A stretch of 64,000 nt of DNA from Eledone cirrhosa (Eukaryota), in contig OZ024742.1 in NCBI GenBank assembly GCA_964016885.1, positions 20,708,001-20,772,000 of the forward strand, read 5' to 3'. Positions 1 through 13,080 of this stretch are shown one piece after another. The notes under the pieces were generated by a model, which worked only from the letters and a program-made list of their open reading frames with translations, was not told the origin of the DNA and did not search any database. A program made the translations under genes and the position numbers. Numbering within the stretch: position 1 is the stretch's first letter; each line of letters begins with the position of its first letter.

Positions 1-508
1 TTCATGAAATCGTAATTATAACTGAAACTGGCAGCAGATTATAACTGAAATAGTTTCAGATATAATCAGCTTCTAGATTCGGTCAATTGCCTGCTGTGAA
101 TCTAACGTCGTTTGCATTCATAAAAAGACGTTAGAAATCCATTGGTTTGCTTTGCACTTCAACGAAAAGAAGATTATGATTGGTAATTATATTTTAGAGT
201 TTAAATCATTCTTCTTTCCAAGACATCTTGATGGAATATATTCATATTAGCAAATTATTTCATATAAGTTTAATATTATTTCAGTAAATATCATTATTAG
301 CTGGCAATTCATCTAATTGACACATACAATGATAATTATTTTGATAACATTCCGAAAATGTTAATTGTTTATATATTCTACCACTTGTGAAATGAAAATC
401 GTATTATTCGAAAATGGACGTTTATATGTAGGTAAACATAATATAAAATCAAAGAAATCTAATGAAATATTTTGTTTATGAATAGTACGAGTATTATGCA
501 TTATATAA

Positions 509-616
509 TTGTTTCTACTTTTGGCACAAGGCCAGCAATTATCCCAGTGTATTACTGGTATTTTATTATATCGACCCCGCAAGGATGAAAGACAAAGTTA
601 ACCTCGGCGGGATTTG
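509..616 (-). mobile_element. tRNA-derived SINE (family S), 5'-truncated copy
   Basis: Reverse complement matches the 3' ~110 nt of the full copy at 6247-6438 (ttgtttctacttttggcacaaggccagc...aacctcggcgggattt). Confidence 0.9.
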
Positions 617-734
617 GATAATGTTGTCAGATATGTAACTAAAGTTTTGGGTGAATAAGTACACAGACTGACGATACGTGAGAAAAACCATTGCGTCATA
701 GTGCAGTATTTCATATTAGCTTAGGTTTAGCAGT

Positions 735-885
735 AAAAAGATACAGCTAGCTTAGCTGCCGAAACGGCCGGAGCTTAGCCGTCGGGGTCCTGACTCTTTT
801 CCTATTACCCACTCTACTACCCAAAGTATCGAGTACTCTGGTGCGTTATGGTCCACCTGGTTCCTTACCACACTTCCTTCGTTAT
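735..885 (+). mobile_element. Short hairpin+tail repeat (family F), probable PLE 3'-end remnant
   Basis: gaaacggccggagct...cccaaagtatcgagtactctggtg...ccttaccacac...cgttata recurs at 1161-1355 (inverted), 17202-17390 and 30640-30780; runs into (TA)n. Confidence 0.65.
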
Positions 886-1160
886 ATATACATACACATA
901 TATATATATTATGTATATTATATATATACATATAATATATATAATATATATATATATACAAATGGAAGTTCAGTAGAATCGATGCTCTAGCTACGGCCAA
1001 GTTAACGAATGCAATCCGGAATGTGCAGCTAAGCACTCAATAATGTAGTTTTACCTTAGAGTAATAACATACGTTTAGACAGCTTGACAAGTTGAAGACT
1101 GCGAGCGGTGAGCCAGCCGCAAGGACCAAAGCAACGAGAAAACCTACTCAGGATATATAT

Positions 1161-1352
1161 ATAACAAAGGAATTGTGGTAAGGAACCAGATGGACCAAAA
1201 CGCACCAGAGTACTCAATACTTAGGGTAGTAGAGTGGGAAATAGGAAAAAGTATGACCTCGACGGCAGAGCTCAAGCCGTTCGACGGCTATTTTTGGACT
1301 GAAATAGCCGTCAAAACAACTTGAGCTCTGCCGTCGGGGTCATACTTTTTCC

Positions 1353-1355
<3 letters not shown>
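1161..1355 (-). mobile_element. Family F copy: ~53-bp-arm palindrome (1241-1355) plus ~80-nt unpaired tail
   Basis: ataggaaaaagtatgacctcgacggcagagctcaag...cttgagctctgccgtcggggtcatactttttcctat; flanked by (TA)n on both sides. Confidence 0.7.
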
Positions 1356-1412
<57 letters not shown>

Positions 1413-1419
1413 TACAAAT

Positions 1420-1453
<34 letters not shown>

Positions 1454-2178
1454 TACACATAAACCCAAACACACAGACCCAGTAAGAGAGAAGTCTTCGA
1501 TAGATTCAGATTCAGTTGTCTCGACCCTCAACCAAGTTCTCTTCTATAACCTCTCTCTTAGAAACTCTTTACTTACATTAATTCACTTCATCGGGTATAT
1601 TAGTATACTTGGGACTGACGGTTCTGGCTGGCTTCAAAGTGTATTGGGTAACTGCCTAATGAATGGCAAACAGTGCAGATACAGGCATTCACGAACAGTT
1701 TAAACTAGAGATTCCATCGTAGATTTCTGATCAGCACTGTGTAGTTATTCTTAACGGAAATATGGATGTTTAAACGATATTTCTGTAAGATATTTCTTAA
1801 AAGATTCTTTATTTCTTTTTACGTAGTCGATTTGAATAAGCAGTTTCTTTAATATCGATTGAATATCCAACTTAATACATTCAGCTTATTAATACATTCA
1901 GTTTTATGGAGAGCTATCTTAATAAACACATTAAGTTTTATGATTTTATCATTGCAGGCAACGTAAAGAAATTAAAAAAGAATAAAATGGTGACATTAGA
2001 ATTCAATATAAAACCAATAGCAAACATAATAATGAAAGATACAAAATAAAATTCAATATAAAATTAATTATAAAAAAAACATGCAAAAATGATATATGTA
2101 TATATAAGGCAACACCAAGCTATTTTGATTATATAATTTCAATAACTTACTCTCAGTTTTGATTCGACGTCTTCACTG

Positions 2179-2255
<77 letters not shown>

Positions 2256-3220
2256 ATATGTGTGAGTGTGTGTAATTATGTATATATATTAATATATATA
2301 TATATGATTATATATATATTATATATGTGTGTGTGTGTGCATAATTATGTATATATACATAATTATATAATTATATATATATACATATATATCTTTCCTT
2401 GGTGTTTGAAGATAATATTTAGTGTTGGAGGAAGTAATATTTGTGTGCAAACAGAAACAACTTATTATATATGTTAGTATTTGTTTACTCTTGGCTTCAA
2501 ATTGTTTTAAAAAATATACTGTTGTATATATATTTCTGCAAAGATTAACAAAATTCAGTTGACTTAAACAAATAAAAATAAAAAATAAAATGCTAAACGT
2601 AAAATAGATAATGAAAAGTATAAGTATTTAGAAAATTTGCTACAAATTATCTAAAAAACACGAGAATTAATAATGTTTGACAATCCCATAAACTTTCCAA
2701 GATTTTGTTTCCATTTCCAAATCCATTTTTTTACCTCATAGATTAGCTTGCAATTTCGTTTTAGTTTCTTTCTATATAACCCTTTTTTAATTAAGACATC
2801 ATGGGGAGATTAAGTCGAATTAGTTTTTAACATTTTTTGTGTAGTTTTAACCTTTCTGTAAAAATCTCTTCTCTTATATACAAATGAAATTAATAGAAAA
2901 ATAAAGATTATTATCTACATGCTTCTCTCTTTGTTTTCTGACGGATATTTAATTTTATATTGTACATTCAAAGTCGCAGATACTTTCGTATTGTACTTGC
3001 ATTATAAAGTATTTATATTTCAAATGATGTCATTATTGTACTTCTAGTTGTCTTTTGTTTAGGTTTTTCCCACATCTTACTTCTGCTGTTCCATATATTT
3101 ACTTACCTTTGACTCATATCTTACTTTAAAAAGGACTTATAAGTGCAGTGGGTAACTAACATGACTTCTAATCAATATTTGTTGACATAAATGTTTTCAG
3201 CACATTCATTGAATTGTATA

Positions 3221-3530
3221 CATGGCCGGATTTAATGGGGGTGGGGGCAAATGGGGCAGTTTTTCCCGAGTCCCCTGCAGTGGGGGTTTCCACCAGCGAT
3301 GGCCATAGCAATTTATTTGTGCCCTCGGCTAGGCTTTTTAGTTTTAGTATCGTTAGAATTTTTGAATTTAATACTTATACATATATAACCGATCAATTCC
3401 AATTACTTGCGCCAAGCTAAATTTGATATGAAAAATTGGTGGTTTGCTGTGTATTTAACATTTTTGAGTATAAAGGTCCCCCACGAAACCTGAAGTGCCC
3501 CGGGCCTTCACATGCCTAAATCTAACCCTG
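3221..3530. mobile_element. Non-autonomous hAT-type DNA transposon (MITE)
   Basis: Imperfect TIRs catggccggattta / taaatctaaccctg; exact 8-bp TSD ATTGTATA at 3213-3220 and 3531-3538. Confidence 0.8.
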
Positions 3531-3741
3531 ATTGTATAATGTAGGGATCGAAATCTGTCATCTATTAACGCAAAGGGTAGATTTTGCCTTTGATTCTATA
3601 ACTATGTTTTATACAAATTAGATGATAAAGGTTGTATTGATAGGATCAAAGGAAACAAAAAATATGTCAATATAAATATTCTTTAATATTAAATGAAATC
3701 TCGAATAATTTCGTATTCTTATTCATCAATTATTTCATAAA

Positions 3742-3927
3742 TGTTTCTACTTTTGGCACAAGGCCAGCAGTTACCCAGTGCATTACTGGCACTTTATTTT
3801 ATCGGCCCCATAAGGATTAAAGGCAAAGTTAACCTCGGCGGGATTTGAATTCTAACCATAAAGTCCCATAACTCTTTACTGCAAAGCATGGCGTCCGACC
3901 CTCTACCGATACTGCCATTCCACCCCC
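3742..3927 (-). mobile_element. tRNA-derived SINE (family S), full length
   Basis: Colinear reverse complement of 6247-6438, including the A-box and B-box regions. Confidence 0.9.
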
Positions 3928-4859
3928 TTCATAAGAACCTTCAATACGGTTCACATATATTCCACTGGATAGGTTTCAAATAAAGATGTCTTATAGGAAT
4001 TAAATACACAAATTTGACAAACTGTTCCATAGAATGGTATTAGAAATATGTTAAACGTGCTTTATGGAGTGTAAGAAATTAAAAACAGACTCCAACATAA
4101 TAATATATATCCTGGAACATAGAAAGGGCGAAGTCATTGTATTCCTATACAAATTGCCATATAAATACATAAGTATTTTAAAGTTTAAAACAGGCAGTTT
4201 ACATTCTCTAGTGGTACTCTTCTGGGCTGGGAGGTAGATATAACGCGCTAAGTTCAGTGCAGTGAATTTTAACTTCTATTAGTTGTAGGCGAACATTTTG
4301 TGCGTATATTACCCGTGAGCAAACTTACTGACTAATGCAGTTAAAGTGGAAGGATGAGATAAAACATACCTTAAGGGGTGTAAGGAAAAAGAACGGTGTA
4401 TAGGCAACTATAATTTGAAACATAGTGTTGGAGGACTTGATGATATTAAGGACAGTATATCATATCTATTTCTGACGAGAATGATTTATCTGGAAACCTT
4501 AGAAACCTCAGATATTTATGGTGAGTAAATAGTTTGTGAAGCGGTCAGTCACACTGAAGATCGTTTGTAACATCTTTAGTATGTTTGTGGTGTGGAGGTT
4601 AGGTCAGTTGTCGTCAAAGTGAAAGAGGTCATTCTTCTTGGCAGCTGCGCATTTCAATATTTCAATGTAAAGTTGAACTAAAAGAAATCATCTAAAGTAT
4701 ACAACGCTATAGAATAATAGATTGTACATTGTCAGCCTTAAATCTATTAGCAGCTAATGTATGTGTGTACAGGTTTCACATAAAATTTACGTTAAGTAAG
4801 TCAAATTGCCACGTATGAATGATTGTTATGAATATATTTAATCCACAATGTGAAAACAC

Positions 4860-5000
4860 GTAGCTTTACGCTTAAGGTGTTCGACACATGGTCGTAGGGT
4901 TGCAAGTTCAATTCCCAGTTACGTGTTTTGTATTTTAGCAACACTATTTATTTCCAGTTACTCTAGTTTACCTAGCTGGCAAAAATGAATTGTATCTCTT
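4860..5000 (+). mobile_element. Old, degenerate tRNA-derived SINE
   Basis: B-box-like aagttcaattcc, followed by a body resembling 28973-29200 and 29959-30088. Confidence 0.45.
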
Positions 5001-5194
5001 TGTCATGCAGAATCGCTATGAGACCAATGTTAATTCATGAGCAAGCAGTTCCATTGTTCGTAACCTGGAACACTCATCATCAGATCCTACAGAGGTCCTA
5101 CACATAATCAACAGTCATCTTCAGTATATTAGCCCTTAGATCAGTCAAACGCACGGTACCTTATATTATTATTATTATTGTTGTTATTATTATT

Positions 5195-5733
5195 TATTTT
5201 TCATTTATCTTGCTTTATGTTCATACGAGTTATCACCAAGTAACAACCAGTGACCTCAAGAGACAACAAGGACCGCCATGTTCAAGAAAGAACATACATG
5301 TATCTTTAGGTGTTTAGACTTGTGATGTACTTATATTAACAGAATCTTCCTTAGTATATGGGCAGTTCCCATTAGTACTATCTTTTGTATTTCTTCTATA
5401 CGCAGTTTTCCTGGGATAAGTAATCATTAAACCCCCTAGGTATCATTCCTAGAGCGCCTACAACCACTGGTATTGTTTTAGTTCTCAACTTCCACATTTT
5501 TCCAATCTCTATCTCCAGGTATTTATATTTGCTCAATTTTTCAAATGTTTTTATAGATAAATTCTTGTCTATTGGAACGGTCATGTCAATTAGCAGGCAT
5601 ACTATCTTTTTAAAGTCCTTCGGTATTATATCAGGTCTATCTGTATCTATTTTTCGGTCTGTTTGGATGCTAAAGTTCCACAAAATTGAGATGTGATCTT
5701 TTTCAAGTACGGGAGGTGGTTGGCACTCCCACC

Positions 5734-5737
<4 letters not shown>
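5195..5737 (-). mobile_element. Dong/R4-clade LINE family A, 3' fragment (RLE domain + 3' UTR)
   Basis: WNFSIQTDRKIDTDRPDII...KLSKY...IPVVVGALG closely matches 55068-56597; same 3' UTR; (TAA)n tail at 5165-5195. Confidence 0.92.
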
Positions 5738-5764
<27 letters not shown>

Positions 5765-5846
5765 CTTCTTCTTCTTCTTCTTCTTCTTCTTCTTCTTCTT
5801 CTTCTTCTTCTTCTTCTTCTTCTTCTTCTTCTTCTTCTTCTTCTTC
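5735..5846. repeat. (CTT)n microsatellite
   Basis: About 37 perfect CTT units. Confidence 0.98.
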
Positions 5847-6246
5847 TTTTTTTTTCTTTTTTCTTTTTTTTTCTTTTTTTTTCTTTCTTCTTCTTTCTTC
5901 TTCTTCTTTATAATACAGAAATAACAGCAGAGAAATAAATAAAAATGTATAGTACTAGATTAAATAGCTTACACTAGCTACCTTAGCACTTGCCAAAGTA
6001 GACTTTAATTTGACGCTCTCAATGGCATTAGAAACTAAAATACATTTGCTCTACTGGTTTGATCCAACATTTTAAAACACCTAAGCGGCTAGTCCCACCC
6101 CTTAATATGCATCTATATGTATATATATAAATATATACAGATGAATATTTTATCACAGACCTGCCAACTCCCGCCGTTTTGGCTCATATCTCCTCGTCTC
6201 ACCGTTATTGGTGAAAATGTGTATAGCTTTCATTATTACGGTCTGA

Positions 6247-6438
6247 GGGCGGTGGATTGGTAGTATCGGTAGAGGGTCGGACGCCATGCTTTGACGTATA
6301 GAGTTACGGCCCTTGCCTTTCTGAGTTCAAATCCCGCCAAGGTTAACTTTGCCTTTCATCCTTACGGGGTCGATAAAATAAAATACCAGTAATGTACTGG
6401 GTAATTGCTGGCCTTGTGCCAAAAGTAGAAACAATTAT
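6247..6438 (+). mobile_element. tRNA-derived SINE (family S), full-length reference copy
   Basis: Pol III A-box-like tggtagtatcgg, B-box gagttcaaatcc, central gcctttcatccttacggggtcgataaaat, 3' tggccttgtgccaaaagtagaaacaattat; about 12 copies in the window. Confidence 0.92.
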
Positions 6439-6899
6439 GTAAAATGTCCCAATTTTGCCTCATGTCTCATAATGCTTTGGCACCTTTTTTCATGGTACTC
6501 CTCGTTTGGGTTGTTAGAGGTTGGCATTCCTGTTATACAATATGAATGTTCATATATGATATCAATGTTTTACAATGTAGTATGTTTAATAGAATTAAAA
6601 AGTTGTAGGTCTCGTATTTCACGCAGTGATGTTTTTATGGACAGTGTCTTAGTTATTATTTTCATATAAACAATGAGATGAAGGATATATCTTAACCTGT
6701 AGAGGACACTAATCTATCACATGTATCATCCCATATAATGTTATTCCTGATAAATGAAGCAGTGATATAGAATACATTGTTCAGCTGAAACTTCACGGCC
6801 AGATTAGAACTCACGATGCATGAAACATGTATTACTATCAATAAGCAGATTATTACTATCAAGAAGTAAGCAGCCACATACTCATCAACACTTAGACGG

Positions 6900-7200
6900 A
6901 CATCTTACCAATGACGTGTTAGACCGTCTCATTAGCCATGAACGCATAGACCACCACATTAAACATAACCATGTAGGTTAAGACCATAGCTATTAACACA
7001 TTACCAATTAACTATAACATTTGAGAATAAAACCTTAGCTATATACATTTAGACCAACATGTTACCCATAACCATGTAGATTAACACCTTAGCTATCAAG
7101 ATTTACACTAATATATTAACCATAAACATGTAGCTTAACACCTAAGCTATTAATACTTAAGCTAACACATTAATCATAACTGTTCAGTACACTATCTAGT
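6900..7200. repeat. Degenerate ~50-54 bp minisatellite
   Basis: taaccatgtagattaacaccttagctat-like core at about 6967, 7015, 7069 and 7123. Confidence 0.7.
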
Positions 7201-8621
7201 CATTGACACATAAGGCTCAACAAGTAAACAATATCTGATCTTAAAGGGGTTGTCAACAATCTAGTTATTAACAGGTACACCTTCATTGATCTGTTTCCGG
7301 GGCCAGCCAGGAGGAGATCGACCAAGGCTTAACAGGTACGAACTATCTCTCTGTAAAGAGGTAGTCAACGATCTAGTGATTAAAACCACATCTAACCATG
7401 AACAGATACACCAATATGCCACCATGGACAGGTCCTTTAACATCGTAACCATACACCTGTAGTCCAAATCAAGTCTAAAGACAGTCTCGAGCCGAGAGTC
7501 TCCTCAAGCTGGTGTTTATCCAGGTTTCGGTGGCGTGAAGCGACTGAGTGTCAATGACTTCCCCCTCTACAGGTAACCAGTCCTGCCAATTCGCCACTTT
7601 ATAATATGCATGTGTAAGAAATGACAAAATATAACATTGATATCTTTATTAAAACGTTGTAGAGGTAAAGTGGATTGGATCCAAGAGTCGTTAGACCATC
7701 AATTGACTAGACCTTACATATGTTTCCACAGCAATTGAAACAAATTTAATATATCATAAATAATATAGCATAATACATCAATCATTTCCAACTGTAAATG
7801 ATAAAATATTATCTAAGAATTAAATTCCATATAGCAAATGTAATATTCTCAATTAACTATATATAAAATGATGTTTACTTCAAATGTTAAATGAATAATT
7901 TACTCGACACTTTTAAATCAATTTTATATTCAGATCGGATAAGTAGAAGTAGTATCAATTTATATAATTGCTCAGAATTCTAACAATATATTAGATCATA
8001 TATTAAATGGTAATTTCATCAACACATGGGAAGCATTAATTACATGTATTATCTCTTTTAACGTTTATTAATACGGAACTTATATTAAAATCAAATAAGA
8101 GTCACAGATAAAAGAGTGGTTAAAAGACTGTGATGAGACGCGGTTTCATATCTTGATGACCATCTATGACATCAGTGAAGACACTTATGTCTCAGGAAAT
8201 TAAACCTCCATATTCAGGGCCAAGTTCTATCCCTGTTGTGGTCATTATATAAAGGGCTTCTTTATACAACTGGTCATATTGGAAAGACTAAAGGAGAAAC
8301 TTTCGTCTACTACAGTTAAGAAAAGAATGCGTATTTCATTAAAAAGGCCAGCGAAAAGCAAAATCGCCAACGCACTTGCATATATATTTTGATGTATCTA
8401 TTTACGCATTTTTAATGTTCTAAGTTCAGAACTAAATAAGACTGATTTTGCCTTCGATCCATCTATAATAAATATAGAAATATTAACGTTGAAGTTGGTT
8501 TCATCCAATGTGTTTGCGGGACATGGACATGGAAAGGAAAAGAAAAAAGTCTGCAGAATCCACAGAAATGCATGTTTTCTATAAATACAACCTTAAGTCC
8601 ATGCATAGACTGTCTTAGCGC

Positions 8622-8665
<44 letters not shown>

Positions 8666-8721
8666 TACATGATGTGATGGCTGCCCTCTCGTTATCGAGT
8701 ATGGCCATTGCACAAGGAGAA

Positions 8722-8762
<41 letters not shown>

Positions 8763-8925
8763 TACATACACACATATATATATACATACACACATATACA
8801 TTAATAAAAATAATAATAATAATAACAACAATAATAATAACGACAACAACAACAATAATATACATATACATATATATATATACACACACACGCACACACA
8901 TAAACATATCTACACACACACACAC

Positions 8926-11900
8926 GATAGCAACTAACAGCGTTGCGATCGAATGTGGCTTTTTAGCCCAGCCAATCATCTAAAATGTCTTGCACAGAGT
9001 CGGCAACCAAAACATTCACTGGGAATAGCCGGCTATGATTGGAGTTCATGTACTTTTGCATGTCGCTTGAGCCCTCCTGCTGATCTACATTCACTACGAC
9101 ATGTTTGGCAGGCATGGTGAGTAGCATCTCCAACAGCAGCCTGGTAGTCAACGACTGGTCTTACTTTATGACTGCGAAGATGACTTTCGAGTCCAGCTTT
9201 GCTTAGGCAGTCTTGCACAGACGCTGAATGTCAGCACAATAGGAGGACTCTCGCCGTCTGGAAGTGCAACAGCAATGCCCTTCCTCACATGCCGCTTTAC
9301 TTTCTCGTATGCGATTCGAGATGCCTCAAAGGCAAGTTTTCCCTCATATACAGTCTTTCTCCATTTATTACGATCAGCAGCAATATTTTCCCATGTATCA
9401 GCAGAGATGTTAGCGTCTTTCAAAGAGGCTTTCAAGGAATCCTTATACCTCTTTTTTGGTTTATGTGGCGGTCGTTTTCCTTTAACCAACTCTCCATAAA
9501 ATAGTTCTTTTGGTATTCTAGAATCCTTCATCCTGGCAAGGTGACCACTCCAACGGAGTCGTTGCTTAAGCAGAATAGCTTTATACTGTCACACATAGAG
9601 CTTTCCAAAATCTCGACATCACTGATGTGGTCCCTCCAGTGAACGCCATGGATCGGTCTGAGACACATCTGATGGAAACGCTCCAATTGCTTAAGGTGGT
9701 GTCGATATGTGACCCAGGTCTCGCAGGCATAAATAAGACAAGAGAGCACACATGCCTTGTACACCTTTACCTTTGTCCTCTTGCACATGTCTCGCCGATC
9801 CCAGAGTCGCCTTTCTAGCTTTCCGAAAGCATCACTTGCTTTCCTAATCCTAAGTGAGATTTCACTGTCAAGGTTGCTGTATTGATTGACAGTGCTTCCC
9901 AGGTAGACAAACTGATCAACCACTCCAAGTCGTTTACCATATACATAGATATTTGGTTCAGTGTACTGCTTACCAGGGGCAGGTTGGTACATGACGACGG
10001 TTTTCTTGAGACTGACAGTCAATCCTAGAGCAGTGCAAGCGTCAGAAAATTAATTCAAAATGTGCTGCATATCACATCTGTGTGCGCTACAAGATCGCAA
10101 TCATCTGCATACAAGAGGTCTCTTATGATTGATGTAAATACTTTTGTCTTTGCAGCAAAGCGGCTGATGTTAAATATGCTGCCTGAGGTTCGATATCGGA
10201 TGTAAACACCATGCTCGCAATTCCTGAATGCAATACAGAAAACCATTGCAAAGTATATGGCAAACAGAGTCGGTGCTGGAATATCCCCCTATTTCACTCC
10301 ATTTTATACTGAGATAGGCTCCGACATGTTACCTCCGACATTAACCCAAGCCTTCATGACGTCATGGAAAGACCTAACTAAAACAAGGAACTTCTCAGGG
10401 CAACCACGTTTCTGGAGAACCTTCCATAATGCATCTCTGTTAACAGTATCGAAAGCTTTTGTCAGATCGACAAAAACCTGATACAGATCCAAACATTGTT
10501 CCATGCACTTCTCCTGGAGCTGTCTAGCTGAGAAGATCATATCAGTAGTGCCGCGTCCAGCACGAAAACCAGATTGACTTTCAGGAAGAACACAATCTGC
10601 AATGTGTGTCAGCAGACGGTCCAGAAGCACCCTACATAAAACTTTCTCTACGACAGAAAGCAATGATATACCCCTGTAGTTCGCACAATCATTCCTGTTA
10701 CCGTTTCCCTTGTACAAGACCACCATTACTGCATCTCTCCAGTCCTCAGGTACGGATTCATTAGCCTATATCCCGCCAAACAAAGAGTGAAGATGTTGCA
10801 GGAGTCTTTCACCACCATATTGTAGGAGCCCAGCATGTATGTCATCCATACCTGGAGACCTTCCACTGTTCAGCTTCGAGATAGCCACTGCAACCTCCAC
10901 AAGCGTCGGATGTACTGCGAGAGCTACTTTCAGAGGACTTTCTGGAATGAGATTGAGGAAATCTTCACTGACGACACACGGCTGATTCAAAAGATCATTA
11001 AAGTGATCTCGCCACCTTCGTAGAATTCCTTGTGAGTCAGGAAGAAGTTCTTTGCCATCCTTGCTGCGAAGCGGTGTCACCAGAGAAGAAGACGGTCCAT
11101 AAACCACACGCAAGCGACTGTACAACAGCTTTGTGTTATTGGAATCTGACGCAGTTTGTATCTCACCAGCCTTCTCACTCCACCACTGATCCTTCATCTG
11201 AGAAAGACTCCGCCTAACACGTGATTTTACATCCTTGAGTTATCATGCAACATATTCCTCTCCTGTGGGTTTGCCGTCAAGTAGCGTGACAGAGCACGCC
11301 TCTTATCAGCCAACAAGTCTTCTACATGTACATCATTCTCATTAAACCAGTCCTGATGTTTTCTCTGCACCAATCCCAGAACACGCCTGCCTACATCATA
11401 AACCGACTTTTTAAGGGTCGGCCAATCCTCACCAAGATCTGCAGTCTGCATCTCTTCTTCCAATGTCCTCTTCACATTTTTATCCTTAAGACGAACAGCA
11501 TTCAATCTTTTGGGCAGGGCAACACCAGGAGCCCGGATTTTACGTTTAGTGATTAGTTTCACGAACACACTGCACATCCTGTCTGTCACGCATCCTGACT
11601 AGGACTTAGTCCAAAAGATGCCATTCCTTAGATGCAGGATGCATCCATGTGGTCTTGAATTTGTTCTTTTGTTGGAACATGGTGTTGGTAACACACAGAT
11701 CCAGCTCCTCACATATCTGCAGCAGGAGCATACCATTGTTGTTACACTTTCCCACCCCATGCCTTCCGATTACATTCCATGTGTTAAAATCCCTACCCAC
11801 TCTAGCATTAAAGTCACCGAGCACGATGACTTTGTCTGCCTGAGGGATATTTATTAAAACACCTTTCAAGGCATGGTAAAAGGACACTTTTTCTTCATCG

Positions 11901-12350
11901 ACAGAATTCATAGTTGGAGGATACACACTCACCAGGGTCGCATATCTTCCTTTGTCCAGAGGAATTCTCATGGACATAAGACGCTCCCTAATCCCTACTG
12001 GGAATTCTTCTAATTTATTCACAAGAACAGTCTTAACAGCAAATCCTACCCCAGCCTCTCTTCTGGTTCCTTAATCTCTTCCTTTCTAGAAGAATGTATA
12101 TTCTCAACAAAATTCTGTAAGATGACCATCTCCAGCTAACCTCGTCTCAGATAAAGCCACGATGTCAAGATCGTAACGTCGAAGCTCCATTGCAACAAGA
12201 GCGGTCCTTTGTTCAGGACGCTCCAAGGAATCCCTGTCAAGCAGCGTCCGTACATTCCAGCAGCCAAGACTAAATGCCTTGTTTGGCTCTATTACAATGG
12301 CACGATGACGAGCGGGCCCAGGCAGTGACAACCTGGGGCCCTGTCCTTAT
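8926..12350 (-). mobile_element. RTE-clade (BovB/Expander-like) LINE, near full length, disrupted
   Basis: APE motifs (GCWNVRTL, ALSETR, GDFNAR, TWMHPASK) and RT motifs (NYRGISLL, QSGFR, FVDLTKAFD, LLYADD) spread over frameshifted ORFs 12331->9033; (GT)n tail. Confidence 0.95.
9033..12331 (-). pseudogene. RTE ORF (AP endonuclease + reverse transcriptase + C-terminal C2H2-like fingers), fragmented
   Basis: ORF pieces 12104-12331, 11606-12022, 11227-11589, 10766-11197, 10304-10726, 10055-10246, 9528-10022, 9166-9531 and 9033-9218 occur in the expected domain order. Confidence 0.92.
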
Positions 12351-12477
12351 TGCCAATTATCTTTTTTGTTCCAGAACCCAAATTGCCAATTATCTCTTTT
12401 ATCTATTTTATGGAACATCATTGAATTGGAAAAAAAAGTAATAATAATAGTAACAATAATAATAATAATAATAATAA

Positions 12478-12663
12478 TTGTTTCTACTTTTGGCACAAGG
12501 CCAGCAATTACCCAATACATTACTGGTACTTTATTTTATCGACCCCGTAAGGATGAGAGGCAAAGTTAACCTCGGCGGGATTTGAACTCAGACCGTAAAG
12601 GGACGTAACTATGCTGGAAAGCATAGCGTCCGACTCTCTACTGATACTGCCAATCCACCGCCC
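12478..12663 (-). mobile_element. SINE family S, full length, inside (AAT)n
   Basis: Matches the 6247 copy; AAT repeats on both flanks (12441-12477, 12665-12687). Confidence 0.93.
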
Positions 12664-12687
12664 TTAATAATAATAATAATAATAATA

Positions 12688-12858
12688 TGACCCCGCCACG
12701 CTTTTTGGAACGCTTCAAAAAGCATGCTTGCTGGGAACAGCAAGAACCCTCCGATACGTCCTGAATAACTGAGGCTGCAGGTAGTGGCTTGATATTCATT
12801 TCAACAAACTTTCCAGTTAACTAACATCAATGACTGAGACTCAAAGAACAATAATAAT
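12688..12858 (+). mobile_element. Dong/R4 family B, extreme 3' fragment
   Basis: cgctttttggaacgcttcaaaaagcatgcttgctgggaacagcaagaacc...gactcaaagaacaataat equals the end of 52582-53848. Confidence 0.9.
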
Positions 12859-13080
12859 ACACTATGCCTGTGCGCGACGAATATTTTTAAAGTGAGGAAA
12901 GACTGAGCATTGAGCACTGAGCCAATCCCACTCTCTGAGCGATAGTAGCTATAACCCGAAAAGAAGAAAAGATCCACATCATCGGTAATTACTGAGCCGC
13001 AGGTTTTATGTCGGAGTTAACTCAGTTTCCTGAGATGCCTTCATACATACATACATACATACATACATACATACATACAT

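Noticed and set aside
4500-4690. Possible host exon on the minus strand (ttcttttag acceptor, QLYIEILKCAAAKKNDLFHFDDN*)
   Set aside because: Short, no recognisable domain and no partner exons; needs RNA-seq or homology evidence.
6247-6340. tRNA gene
   Set aside because: A/B boxes are present but there is no convincing cloverleaf, and the sequence is always fused to the same body and tail; it is a SINE head.
6900-7200. CRISPR-like repeat/spacer pattern
   Set aside because: Repeats are degenerate, the intervening segments resemble each other, the context is eukaryotic and there are no cas genes; it is a minisatellite.
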